A stretch of 64,000 nt of DNA from Macrostomum lignano (taxonomy: Eukaryota): contig NIVC01003859.1 of NCBI GenBank assembly GCA_002269645.1, positions 1 to 64,000 on the forward strand, in the 5' to 3' direction. Position 1 is the stretch's first letter. Each line of letters opens with the position of its first letter. Position numbers and translations under genes: made by a program. The notes under the pieces were generated by a model. The model was given only the letters and a program-made list of their open reading frames with translations. It ran no database searches and had not been told where the DNA came from. This document shows, in pieces, positions 35,471 through 46,524 of this stretch.

Positions 35471-37146
35471 GATTTTTGTCCGATTGGCAATCAGCTGATT
35501 TTATCGCATCATTCCGACGAGTATTCTAGATTTATCAGCTCGTTCAGTCTCTTCGGTGCCAAGCCTGTTTAACATTCTGTTGATTCGTTTAGTGCATTGC
35601 ATGCGATTCGTTTGCATTGCAGTCACCTTGCATTTTATACACGTGCTTGTAGTTTTAGTAGTGCTTATGTTGAATGGTTTCGCTACGATGTTCTCTTGCT
35701 TTATCTATATAATCTACGCATATTCTGCCATGTGCTTGAGTGAGTATTCGTAAAATAGTGATAAATGTTGTTATATAATTTCGACGACTGGTTCCAGTAG
35801 GCCCAAAGTCGCTACTAATCAATAACAGTGCATTTTAAGTCCGTCCCTTCTAACCTTTTTCAAAGTACTCACTTGTGCCTGCCTTCTCCCTGTTGTTTTT
35901 ACTTGATACCAAACAGCAAGTCGCACCACAGGATCTGCTTTGCACTACTCATCTCATGGGGCGGCCGAAAGCGCATTTGTAGGTGACGAGTGAGAGTGCG
36001 CGGGGAGAGTGTGTGGGTGAGAGTGCATGATGGGTGAGAGTTCATGATGGGTGAACTGGGTGCATGGATGAGATGGGTGAGGGCTATTGTAATTTTCTAA
36101 TTTGCGGGCCATCATTGTTTATTTTGATAAACTTGGCCTTGGCTTTTTCAGCCGCTTTTTAGCTTAATTTATTTACACTGTCGTTCCGTTAGCTGATAAA
36201 TCCTGTGCATTTTCTGGTATAAATTTATTGGGTGCATCATTGCGTTAAATTATTTATTTTTTCTAGACACTTGCTGCTCAACGGCTACTGTGTAGCGACC
36301 TCGATATTTATAATTGATTCGCAGAGTTTACCGAGTTGTCCCTTCAGATGCTATATATACTGTACGGATTTATATAGAAAACGAGTCAAAAACATTGATG
36401 CCACAAAATTTTCTTTGTAATAACTTCGGTGCTAAATATTACCTGTAATCTGCTTGCGCTCCAATTAATGCGCTATTTTGTTCTGGCTTTCAGACAAAAT
36501 TGTTTACTTCCCATCAATCGTCAGTTATTTTTGGCTGAGATTTTAAAATCAGCACTGTTATTTGCATGATTCAGTCTAATGCAAACTTTGCATTGCATCT
36601 CGAGTCTGGTCGAGAAAAGCCATTTTTGAGTTTAGTTGGCCTGTGGAACTGCAGTATACTTTGTTAACTGATGAGGAGGCGCACCTAGCTGGTCTGAGGC
36701 GTGAGCCAAGGTTGACTGAATTAACTAAAGGCACCACCGTACATTCCATTTCTTCAAATAGGCTGCACGTCTTAACTGCTCAAACCTGTCTAATTAATTC
36801 AGTAGCTATATGTATATCCGGTTGGCACTCGCGGTAAACACAGTGTCTTAATCTTCAAGCTTCAAAAAAATGTTCTCATTTCATCACAAATATCATAAGC
36901 CCAGTATCGCTACCTATATGCCAAATACAATGTATATTTTATAACTAAATCTGCGACATTAACTAAATCCATGTGTATTCAACTTCAAGACGGCTTCGAT
37001 ATCTGTTGGCGATTCTCAAATTTCTAGTGTGATGTTTCAAAGCTGAGCTTGTGTTCTATTACGTGTAGCTTATAAAAATTCTACTTAACTGAATTATTGC
37101 CTTGGCTTCGCAGCTTGCTAAATTGCATAGTGCACCTGTTGTGCAC

Positions 37147-37866
37147 TGTTGTGCTGCAGCTGCTCAGGCCGACTCAAGAACAACTGCCGAGCGACGACGA
37201 CCTGCGCGACAGCATCGCACAGAGGCAAGCTAAGAACGCCGACTACACCAACAAGCGAAGGCGAGCTCGAGACTCAGCAGTCGAGGCCGGAGACTGGGTC
37301 TGGCAGCAGGTGCCGCACCGGGCGCACAAGCTGGCAACCCGACTAAAGGAGCCGCTCAAGATCGCCTCCCAAGCAGGGCGCAACACCTTCGTGCTGTCCG
37401 ACGGTACGAAGTGGCACGCGAGCCGCCTGATCAAGTGCAACGACCCGACAGCACACAGTGGCGCAGCTGACCGAGCGGACGAGCTGTTCGAGGCGCTCCT
37501 GCTGCCTGAGCCGGTGGCCAGGGCGGCTACGGTGCCGCCACCACCGCCTGGCGAGCCGCTACCCGAGGCGGCGCTCCAAAGGTCGACTCGAGCTCGACGG
37601 CAACCGGCGCGTTATCCTCTTCCGGAAGGGGGGAGAATGTTGTGATTAGCAATGCTCGCGCAATGAACTGACTACTGACAATGAACTATTGGCCTTATTG
37701 AATGCGTGGGCGTATACTGTACTCAGACTAGAATGAGTAGGAGATTGCAACGTGCAACGTGCAAGTAGGAGTTTGATCTCTATAAATATATTGTGAGCGA
37801 GATGTGTATCTCTGAGCTCAAAAGCTTCAATCAAACGAAACTCTCTGTGTCAATTAGAACACAACA
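37147..37866 (+). mobile_element. Internally deleted Gypsy remnant: 7 bp of 5' LTR + pol 3' tail + PPT + complete 229-bp 3' LTR (37638-37866)
   Basis: GCAC|TGTTGTG at 37143-37153 and CACAACA|GCAC at 37860-37870. Integrase-tail-like peptide (GDWVW...HKL.....P..I, RSTRARRQPARY) and ggaaggggggagaa PPT. Confidence 0.75.
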
Positions 37867-37943
37867 GCACCCTCACTAAAAACAGTAATAAAAGCTACAA
37901 GACAAGCTTCTTCATCTACGATGAGTGTAATATAGAGCTAGAG

Positions 37944-38407
37944 CTAGCCTTTTCTAGCTCTCAGAAATTTGATAACGGATGATAACATGCATGCTTTTGG
38001 CATCCATCTGGCAGACTTTTTGGACAGACCAAGATCCTCGTGCAGAATATTGAATGCTGTCCCTTGTGTCATAAGCTCCGCTCCCACATCTGTAACAATC
38101 ACGAAAAGTTTGCTGAGAGACTGAAAATTTTTCCGGAGGTATTGTTTGTTGATGAAAGTGTCACTCTGATGTTCGATTTGCGTTGTAAATTCTCGCCATT
38201 GAAGACGGAAACGGTGAAAATGAGGTTGTTGTGTTTTGTTCCTGGAATCAGAGACCAAATGCGCGATAACTGCTGTCGTCGACAAACAATGCAGCTAGGA
38301 GCCCTGGTCACTGCCGGCGGTGCGCGGCCTACGCTTAGCGCCCAGGCCCTGAAACACGCCCTGTTAGGTGTGACATTGCATGTCACAAGCATGACTGGCT
38401 GACAACG
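37944..38407 (-). pseudogene. mariner/Tc1 transposase N-terminal remnant
   Basis: GTAFNILHEDLGLSKKSARWMP matches the HTH-to-WVP region of mariner transposases; degenerate; possible TA-flanked end at 38407. Confidence 0.7.
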
Positions 38408-38685
38408 TATATTTTGTAGTTATTGAACTAAGAACTCTGTACGAGTACAATACATATTACGTACATTAATTAATATTCAACAATTGAGCAATTTAAAAAC
38501 TCTCTGGCGTGAAAAAAATAATTGTGAAATCTCGATTCAAGTATTACAGAATGTGTAAAGAATATACATACATGTAGGTTGTATGTAATAATGTAATATG
38601 AATGATAATATTCGGCTCGTACGTAACTATTAGATGCACATGTACATCTACTACGAGCTACATGTCTATATATTTATAGTTATTG

Positions 38686-40703
38686 ATGGGTTTTGGCCTT
38701 TTCGGCTCCCTTGCGGGAAGCTTTCGGCAGGTCTCAGAAATAAATCAATTAGAGTCCCGGCCTCCCACTCCAGTCAGATTGGTCTGTGGCGTCCCGCAAG
38801 GGAGTCCGCAATGGTCAGCCCCATGGTAGCTTGATCTGTGGCGAGCAGTCTAGGTCCTATATAGCTAAGAGAGGGACAGCGAGAGACAATTGCAGGGAGA
38901 ATTTTGAAGGTAGAGATCAGCTAATCCACAGATTAACTATAACCCGCTGCCACCAGCCCGTGCGAGATCGAAATTCGACTTTCGAAATCGGGCTTCCGCC
39001 TAGAAGGGGCTTAGCGCTTACCTTGCCAACTAGTGTCTTTTTGCTGTCAATCTCGAAGTCATAGCCGATGTTAATTGGGACACTGCTGGGACTTGATCGC
39101 ATTGGCCATGAAGGTACAGAGGGGACTCGTTCAGGGGATTCTTGCAGTGGCGGGACTATATGGGATAGCTACATGTATGATGGGTTCGGCCTTTTTAAGC
39201 CTCGCTGTAGCTTCGGGCCTCAGAACTCAGAAATGAACTTAAAGCTCTGGCCTCTCACTCCTGTCAGATGGTCAGCCCCGTGGTAGCTAGATTGTGGGCG
39301 AGCAGCAAGGTCCTATAGCTAAGAGAAGACAGCGAGACAAGCAGCGGAGAATTTGAAAGGTAGAGATTAGCTAATCCACAGATTAACTATCCCGCTGCCA
39401 CCAGTCCGTGCGCTCCGGCTCGCCAATTAACCGGAGCTATCGAAATCGGACTTCCAACTAGAGGGGCACTGCACTTACCTGCCATCTAGTGTCTTTTAGC
39501 TGTTTATATCTCGAAGTCATAGCCGAATGGAAGGGACGCTGCTGGGACTAGGATCGCATTGGCCATGCAGGGACGAGAGGACTTTTGCAGGGGGTTCTTG
39601 CGCTGGCGAGCCTTTATACACTACTAAATGTACTGAAGTGATCTTAATTTAAGCATGTTATGCCCAATGTTATTTTTTAGTCTAATGCGAACTTCAGAAG
39701 GTTTTTCTATCAGGAAAGTACAGCACATGCTTGTGCGCCAGTAAAGATCCTATTGCGTGAAGCGAACACCAATGAAATGCGTTATAGAAATCTATATATA
39801 CTAGCGTTCAGTGAGAATGAAGCCTCTCCCCAGTTTTTCCCGGTTCTCGGCTCTCCGCCTCTTTGCCTCCTCAACTGCTCCGCTAGCTTGCCCCAACAAT
39901 CGGGCCTGAACTCTAATATCCCGATTTAACAGAGGTAAATCCGGACAAACGTCAATTCGTGCAACAATATCGATAAGTAGCCTGTGGCTCCATTTTCACT
40001 GAATTGCTTAACAAATTTGCGTAATTGCGTGATCAATATCCTATTAGGAATTGCTACTAACATTGATTAGTAATAAACATCTTATTGAAGGTTAGAGATC
40101 GAGAGAAACAAATCGAACCTCCGACTTATTTGATTCAACAGAAACATCAACGATCATAGTCATCGCATCGAAGCAAAATGTGCGGTTTTAAGATTGAAAA
40201 AAGATGCGTCCTCATCATGTACTATTAAATTGCTAAATACGAGGAATTGTACTTTTGGCCTTCAACGCGCCAACCAGCCTCTCGTAGCGCTGATATGATA
40301 GGCTAACTCGAACATCAGAGACCGCATGATTCACTACCCGAGCCGCTTGGCGAATCTAAGGTGCACAGAAGTACATCTCTAGCGCCGATACTGCACTATT
40401 GGCAACCTTGCTAACTGATTTGATAGATTGATCGATTGAGAACTGCCTTGCCATTGGTCCACTATGACCGGCGCCTACTAGTTTAGCCACTCATCCGAGC
40501 CATCGGCGAACAAAGCAATAAAACTGATAAAAAACACTGCCAGATTTAACCTACTCTCTAAATCACTTCACACCTCAGATTGAATTGGAGTAATCAGACT
40601 ACTATCAGTATTGAATGATTTCCGCCTCGATAACAGCACTGCTGAACAAAATGAGCAAAAGTGTGCGCCTAATCCAGCTACTGAAACAGAGGACAGATAA
40701 GGA
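38686..40703. repeat. Left part of a repeat mosaic (host of the Polinton): duplicated ~490-bp segment, solo LTR, then ~490-bp segment; inverted copy at ~57010-57962
   Basis: 38686-39177 and 39178-39628 are direct copies starting TGATGGGTT; 40218-40703 is the reverse complement of ~57020-57503. Confidence 0.8.
39634..40217 (+). mobile_element. Solo LTR (584 bp), TG...CA, 5-bp TSD TGTAC
   Basis: TGTAC|TGAAG at 39629-39638 and CATCA|TGTAC at 40213-40222; TATA-like run ~39793 and AATAAA ~40073; absent from the inverted copy of the host repeat. Confidence 0.75.
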
Positions 40704-41123
40704 AGTAGAAGGCATGAGGGGGCTTTTGGGACAAAATTTTTCACGTCCTCCATAATCCACCTAAATCCATCCATATTATCCCTGACAGAATCAGAAAAAA
40801 AGGGGGGTCGCACTCGCTCACAAAACGTCCTCCATAATCCCATTAAATCCATCCATATTATCCCTGACAGAATCATGAAAAAGGGGAGGGGCCGCACTTG
40901 CTCTGAAAACTTCGAACATAATCCTATTAAATCCATCCATATTATCCCCGACAGAATCAGACAGTGGACACCTGTTATACTCACTGACACTGACATAATC
41001 CACTAACATCCACCCAGAAACAATCAGAAAATAATCTGCATTCTTCTCCCCACATTCAATCCGCAACGTGCTACCAGATCCCTAAGACTTTAAATTATCA
41101 GCGCAGGGTCCTTACCCTTTGAA
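40704..41123. repeat. Left TIR with internal ~45-bp tandem units (aatccatccatattatccctgacagaatca)
   Basis: Reverse complement of ~54540-54999; the right TIR has a small extra duplication (cagtgagcataacaggt). Confidence 0.9.
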
Positions 41124-41145
41124 AAAAATTAAATTTTCTCTAAAA

Positions 41146-41388
41146 ATGTTTCCAGTTGTCTCTCCAGGTTCCTATTATACTCAGCCTCATCCATTGTACA
41201 AATCCAAGTACCGATGCAAACTTGAATGCAGCGAGTACATGAGAAAATATTGGCCCGACGTTGATATCAATGTCCCTAATATTAATCTAGCTCTCCAAAG
41301 ACACTGGTTTCATAAGTATGGAGTAACCTATGTAAAAGATTACGACAGCTACTATAACTTTGCAGAAATCATTAAGCAATTGCGTTAA
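41146..41388 (+). CDS. 80-aa orphan ORF next to the left TIR
   Basis: TAAAAATG start like other genes of the element; normal composition; stop immediately before the GGCCAAAA hairpin. Confidence 0.5.
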   Translation: MFPVVSPGSYYTQPHPLYKSKYRCKLECSEYMRKYWPDVDINVPNINLALQRHWFHKYGVTYVKDYDSYYNFAEIIKQLR

Positions 41389-41687
41389 AAAACCGAAAGG
41401 CCAAAAGGCCAAAAGGCCAAAAGGCCAAAACCCTTTTCATTTTGGCCTTGCGCGAGGCCGAAATCGTTTGCATTCTGGCCTTCACTCGAGACGGAATTCT
41501 TCCTCGGCTGGGCTCAGTTAAAGTGAAAATCTCTCTCCCCCCACGCGCGCTGCGCCCACACACATACACTCCCCTCTCTCCCACGCACGCGAGGCCCACG
41601 CCCTCATTTGAGTACACATAGTAAGTTCTCTTCATACCACTCTATTTTCGGTAAGCATACGAGCTACTTAAAAGGGAACGCATTTTC

Positions 41688-42551
41688 TCACATTCTCTCA
41701 ATGTTCAACGTCAATACAAACTCTTCACCGTTGAAATCAACACCCATCCCATCTTCAGTCTCAAACTGTAGCACAATCTCGTGAATCTCCTTATTACTCA
41801 ATACAACTCTTTTCACTGGATTTGGTTTCTCTACCACCATCTGTCCTCCAGCTACAGAGTTGGAGATGTTGTACAAAATATTAGTTCGCTTTCCCTTAAA
41901 TACCCAATCAAGACTGAGATTAGTTCTGATTAGAATATTCAAACCCTTTACAATGTCTGCTATATTGGGTGCTAAGAACAAACCGCGTACACTTTCCCGG
42001 GCCATGATAACAGCCCCCGTCGCTTGAGTGGCGGTCCGCGCCGCGGATTCTGCCTTATAAACTTTCTTCTCGAATCCCAGTTCCCTATACCAAGTGTCAT
42101 CTTTAAACTCAACCTCCGCATCTTTGTGAACTTGCATGACCACTCTCATTACAGTGAGATCATAGGTTAGTTTGACAGGGAACAGTTTTTTCTCTGGCTT
42201 ACTCATATCAGGTGTCTCAAAATGGCCTCTTTTAGTAAAGACGTTTTCTAGAAAGTAATTGTAGGTATCCACACTTTGCGTGCTCACAGGGAATACCACA
42301 GGTTCTGCTGCTGCACCTTTCCATTTGTAATAAAACTTATTATTTGCTGCCGTCACATTGGGAACGTTTGACCAACCAGTGAAGTCGTTAAGATAGACAT
42401 GGTAATTAGCACCTGGATCCAGGCGAATCGCCTGCTCTAATTTTTGAATAAATATCCCGTTTGAGTCATTAATTCGCCCAGTTATTGTAATAGGAATGCT
42501 CTCCTTGGAGTGCGAAATAATATTATTTAGTCTTTCAGCAATCGCTTCCAT
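41688..42551 (-). CDS. Polinton minor capsid (penton-like) protein
   Basis: I.L.P..NY.V.L..F.GW.NVPNV...NNKFYY, LGF, G....E.P and G..VDFNGE...L.L.I pattern of Polinton minor capsid proteins; immediately downstream of MCP; likely ATG at 42551. Confidence 0.75.
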   Translation of the reverse strand: MEAIAERLNNIISHSKESIPITITGRINDSNGIFIQKLEQAIRLDPGANYHVYLNDFTGWSNVPNVTAANNKFYYKWKGAAAEPVVFPVSTQSVDTYNYFLENVFTKRGHFETPDMSKPEKKLFPVKLTYDLTVMRVVMQVHKDAEVEFKDDTWYRELGFEKKVYKAESAARTATQATGAVIMARESVRGLFLAPNIADIVKGLNILIRTNLSLDWVFKGKRTNILYNISNSVAGGQMVVEKPNPVKRVVLSNKEIHEIVLQFETEDGMGVDFNGEEFVLTLNIERM

Positions 42552-42572
42552 TTTTTCACCCACAAAAAATAT

Positions 42573-43859
42573 TTAAACTTTACTGGATGAATTGTTGATC
42601 ATGTTAAGCTTCACCTTCCTCTCAAATGCATAGATAATGTACAAGTCCACAGGTGTTGCGACAGTCCTCTCAATGTTAGTCACGATATTCACAGGGCTGT
42701 TATCAGTAGGCATTTGTCTGGCAGACACATCAGCGCCAAACATCGGATATAGAGTTCCATATTGAAGAGCAGTGATAGCAATTCCATTGTTCTCTTTCAC
42801 AGCCAAGTCGACCAACTCGCTGTAAAATTTGCTAATCTTGTTCTGACTGAAATCTCCATTTTGTGGCAGTGCAGGGTAAAGATTATCACTGATTTCATGC
42901 TGAATGGACCGAACGTCTCCATGCATGTAGCGTATAATGCTATTTGGGTTTCTCATATTAATAATGATATACCTTGGATTGCTGCATGATCCCTCTTTGA
43001 TGCAGATGTTTGTTCTAGTTTCGTTTCGCTCATCTCGACACATGTAGGCCGTGTATGCAACATCAATGTCCTTCTCTATTGCCTTGAGATAATCCGCTTT
43101 TAGTGCAGTCTTTGGCTCAATGACTTCCAAATACAGCTCGATTCCGGTTAGCTTCACCTCCATCCTTGTGTGGTCCGCCCCAGTCCACAACACTCTACTG
43201 CGATCATCTCTAGTCATCCTAAAGGTGTAGCTAAAGTTACTAGTCAGTCGATTAAATGTATTACAGAATCCACTCATGAATCTCAATGGTACAAATACAT
43301 CAACAGACCGATACAGCGGGTTCTTAGCAGCATCATCAGCACCTTGCAATGCATAGTTGTATCTCTTCTTCCTCTTTTTATAGCCACTGTCATTGATGTC
43401 TCCTTCTTTTTCATCTGCAATAAAACCCGCACCACTTCCCAACTGAATAAAATCAGGATTCTCGATCAAACAATGAGCGTCATAGACAATTCCAAAGTTG
43501 GCGATTCGCTCCAACTCTGTGCTCCCATTCGATACACTAAACTCCTTGAACATGTACGCCCAAAAGTTACTGATCAGAGCCACATCCGCATCATGCTTGT
43601 CAACGTTAGCACGAGTCGCATCCGCACCACCCTTTGTCTTGAATTGAAATGTCATATGGAAGCCGCTCTTAAGACTGTGCACACTAACCAAAGACGAACA
43701 TCCATTGTATGTAAATGTCAGTGTTTGACCTGGACCCAAATTAGTTTCATTCTGATTTTCCTGACTGGGAACTCTTACCTGAGTCGCTTTGATTGTGCTA
43801 TCATCACTTAAAATAGGCTTGTTAATTTTGTAGAAAACTGGTGTCAGTGGGTCGTTCAT
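42573..43859 (-). CDS. Polinton major capsid protein (double jelly-roll), 428 aa
   Basis: Size, position and motifs (DDST.....P...N, N..A.MF, LYLEVIEP, PRYII, LYP.P, LYP.F..D.S.RQ) fit Polinton MCP. Confidence 0.8.
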   Translation of the reverse strand: MNDPLTPVFYKINKPILSDDSTIKATQVRVPSQENQNETNLGPGQTLTFTYNGCSSLVSVHSLKSGFHMTFQFKTKGGADATRANVDKHDADVALISNFWAYMFKEFSVSNGSTELERIANFGIVYDAHCLIENPDFIQLGSGAGFIADEKEGDINDSGYKKRKKRYNYALQGADDAAKNPLYRSVDVFVPLRFMSGFCNTFNRLTSNFSYTFRMTRDDRSRVLWTGADHTRMEVKLTGIELYLEVIEPKTALKADYLKAIEKDIDVAYTAYMCRDERNETRTNICIKEGSCSNPRYIIINMRNPNSIIRYMHGDVRSIQHEISDNLYPALPQNGDFSQNKISKFYSELVDLAVKENNGIAITALQYGTLYPMFGADVSARQMPTDNSPVNIVTNIERTVATPVDLYIIYAFERKVKLNMINNSSSKV

Positions 43860-43889
43860 TTTTTAACTAAAAATAAAATAAAATAAGAA

Positions 43890-45071
43890 ATGAAGCGAAA
43901 AAGTACACAGCAGATATCTGAATTGGAGAAGCTAGCACAAGCAGAGAAACGAGTTACCGGGCTAATAAATAAGGAGCAACAATCCTACAATGAGTTTGTC
44001 CAAGCAGCCACAGAGTTTCATAAACCCGGATACACAGAAGCGAAGAAAAACATCGACACTGTGAAGGAAGCAGTTGATGATATTCAAGAGAGCCAGTTGC
44101 AAAACACATTGGGTAAAATCCCATCTTCACCAGGACAACCACAGGCTCAGGAACCAGGACAACCAGAAGCACAACCGGTGCAGATGAAAGTGACGGATAA
44201 CTTTTTTGGCCCCGTAGTGGATGATGGAAAATATATTTTTGGAATTAGCATCTGGCGAAAATATATTACAGGGGAACCAGCGGATTACAACATTGAAGTG
44301 ACAAAGGAAAATATTTCAATCAATAAAGGCTCAAAAACTAAAAGAATCCAGTTCACTCAAACTTTACTTGATTACATGACTAAAAATCTAGAGAAAACGT
44401 CTAAAAAGCAGTTTGAAAATTACAAAGATCTTGTTACCTTTGCTCTCGATAGGGACATAGATATGCTCAAGAACGACGGTGTTTTGAAAATTTTACATGA
44501 AAACGGGATTGTCTTGAACAGGTTTAGAAAATACAAATACTTTAAACAATGGTTTGGTTTGCCGGATCAAGAAGAGGTCATAAGACAACAACCAAAACCA
44601 CAACAACAACCACAGCAGCAACCACAACAACCACAACAACAGCAACAACAACAACCACAACCACAGCAACAACATTTAGCTAAATATAAAAATGATCACC
44701 CAGATGCCTGGCAACAACTAGAAAATATCTCCCCAGATCGAATGAATAGAATCAATCAAAGAGTTTTCACACCTCAACAAAGACAGGCGCCACATGACAG
44801 TTCCATCTCTGAAAGTGAGCAGTCTTTTGGATCACCTCCCCAGCAGCCACAAGCCCAACCAACTCCACAACCCCAAGACCAACCACCCAAATCTGGAAAA
44901 GGAATAGCTGAAATCTACAACCGAGTAGCGGTTCTTCTAGGAGCGGCAAAGACCGGAATGAAAGACGAGAATAGAAAAGAATTTGTCAACATTCTGGACA
45001 AAATGCTTGAGAGAAAATACATCGATAAGAGGGCGAGAGAGCTTCTGCTTTCGCGGTTCAACAAAAAATAA
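43890..45071 (+). CDS. 393-aa Polinton protein with Q/P-rich linker, unknown function
   Basis: Intact ORF divergent from MCP; C-terminal KSGKG...L.VLLGAAK.G...EF..ILD.M helix cluster, as I recall from Polinton accessory proteins. Confidence 0.75.
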   Translation: MKRKSTQQISELEKLAQAEKRVTGLINKEQQSYNEFVQAATEFHKPGYTEAKKNIDTVKEAVDDIQESQLQNTLGKIPSSPGQPQAQEPGQPEAQPVQMKVTDNFFGPVVDDGKYIFGISIWRKYITGEPADYNIEVTKENISINKGSKTKRIQFTQTLLDYMTKNLEKTSKKQFENYKDLVTFALDRDIDMLKNDGVLKILHENGIVLNRFRKYKYFKQWFGLPDQEEVIRQQPKPQQQPQQQPQQPQQQQQQQPQPQQQHLAKYKNDHPDAWQQLENISPDRMNRINQRVFTPQQRQAPHDSSISESEQSFGSPPQQPQAQPTPQPQDQPPKSGKGIAEIYNRVAVLLGAAKTGMKDENRKEFVNILDKMLERKYIDKRARELLLSRFNKK

Positions 45072-45087
45072 TTTATTTCAAGTAAAA

Positions 45088-45477
45088 ATGCCAATTATTT
45101 TTGAGAAAGACATTGACAAATACTATGACAAAGAGGAACTTAATCTCATTAAACGCGGATCTGGACTTTTCCCTGCAGGCCACTATCCAAGAAAAGAACG
45201 CTCTGGGAATGGCCTTGCCGATTCGATCGCTCAGGGGCTAAGATTTTTAAGGTCATTGGAGAGAACAAAGAGAACATCAAGAACGTTGCCGAAGCGGCTG
45301 GCAGTGTAGCCACAGCAGCCAAAAAGATAAAGGATACTGTAACACCTAAACAAGAGATTCAACCTCCACTGGCCCCGCTGGCTCCACTGGCCCCAAACCC
45401 AAACAGTGTGGACCCTGCAGTCTATGAGAAGATGAGAGCTAGCATTAAAAAAGGAAGTGGTTTCAAATTTGACTAAA
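45088..45477 (+). pseudogene. Putative virion core protein with GxG motifs, split by a single-base frameshift at ~45238
   Basis: MPIIF...KRGSGL...RSGNGLADSIAQG, then KIFKVIGENKE...KKGSGFKFD* in another frame; the break is in a G run. Confidence 0.55.
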
Positions 45478-45519
45478 GGGTACTTTCCGAGGGTACAAGA
45501 CATGTAAGAGTATAAGACT

Positions 45520-45665
45520 AGTCCCAAAATGACACATCCAAGTCCCAAAATGACACATCCAAGTCCCAAAATAACACATCTAAGTCCCAAAATGACACAT
45601 CTAAGTCCCAAAATGACACATCTAAGTCCCAAAATGACACATCCAAGTCCCAAAATGACACATCT
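45520..45665. repeat. 21-bp tandem array AGTCCCAAAATGACACATC(C/T)A, ~7 copies
   Basis: Read directly; no unique spacers. Confidence 0.95.
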
Positions 45666-45707
45666 TCTAAATTATTTATTATTAAAAAAAATTTCATCAT
45701 AGAAAAA

Positions 45708-46508
45708 ATGGACTTTTCAAGCGACTTCAATCCTCACTGGACGCGTAATCAGATTAAGTTTTCTCATCATGAGTCAATCCCGAGTCACTTCAGATGCATT
45801 GTTGTTGGTTCGTCAGGTTCAGGTAAAACATTCAGAGTCTTTAACATGCTTCTTAGACCTGGCTTTATCGACTATGACACTCTGCACATCTACTCTCCCA
45901 CACTGTATCAAGATGAGTATAAAATGCTGATTTCTGGATTGCAAAACAAACTGAACAAAGAGGACATTATTCAATGTTTTAATAACCAAATGAGCCTTCC
46001 CAGTAACCCAGAAATTGTAGCTGCCGAATATGCAAAGCACCTCAAAGACAATGAAAAATGGCAGAACATTAAAGTGTTCACCTATGGAGATCCGCAGGTT
46101 GATCCAAAGACCAAACTTCTACCCCATCCAGATGAGCTAGAAAAGGGGAGAAAGCATTTGATCGTCTTTGATGATTGTATGACAGGCCCACAGAAGCAGA
46201 TAGAAAACTATTTTACAAGAGGACGACATAACAATTGTAATGTAATTTACATTGCACAGAACTGGTTCGAGCTCCCGAACAAAACAATTCGTGGGAACTG
46301 CAATCTGATTCTCCTGTTTCCAACCATTCCACAGGACAGGTTAAAAAGATTTTACAATGAGGTCATTGCGCCTGCCTATTTCATAAATCCAACAAAAAAC
46401 TCAAACAGAAAGATTTCACAGGAGGAATTCGTTAATCTTTGCTATGACAAGTGGAATCAGCCTTACCAGTTTGAGATTATCAGCAAAGAAAAAAGAACTG
46501 TAATTTAA
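45708..46508 (+). CDS. A32/FtsK-like packaging ATPase (266 aa)
   Basis: Walker A GSSGSGKT, Walker B LIVFDD, and the TRGRH.N...IYIAQ...I..N motif of the A32 family. Confidence 0.92.
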   Translation: MDFSSDFNPHWTRNQIKFSHHESIPSHFRCIVVGSSGSGKTFRVFNMLLRPGFIDYDTLHIYSPTLYQDEYKMLISGLQNKLNKEDIIQCFNNQMSLPSNPEIVAAEYAKHLKDNEKWQNIKVFTYGDPQVDPKTKLLPHPDELEKGRKHLIVFDDCMTGPQKQIENYFTRGRHNNCNVIYIAQNWFELPNKTIRGNCNLILLFPTIPQDRLKRFYNEVIAPAYFINPTKNSNRKISQEEFVNLCYDKWNQPYQFEIISKEKRTVI

Positions 46509-46524
46509 AATTTGCTATTAAAAG

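Noticed and set aside
40568-41066. ORFs in the Polinton TIRs (also 54608-55078, 54727-55014)
   Set aside because: Translations of the tandem units inside the TIRs; they cross the element boundary.
43170-43811. 213-aa + strand ORF
   Set aside because: Antisense shadow of the MCP gene with no motifs.
45520-45665. CRISPR-like array
   Set aside because: Units abut with no unique spacers, the context is eukaryotic and there are no cas genes; the ORFs across it (45231-45653, 45518-45730) are repeat translations.
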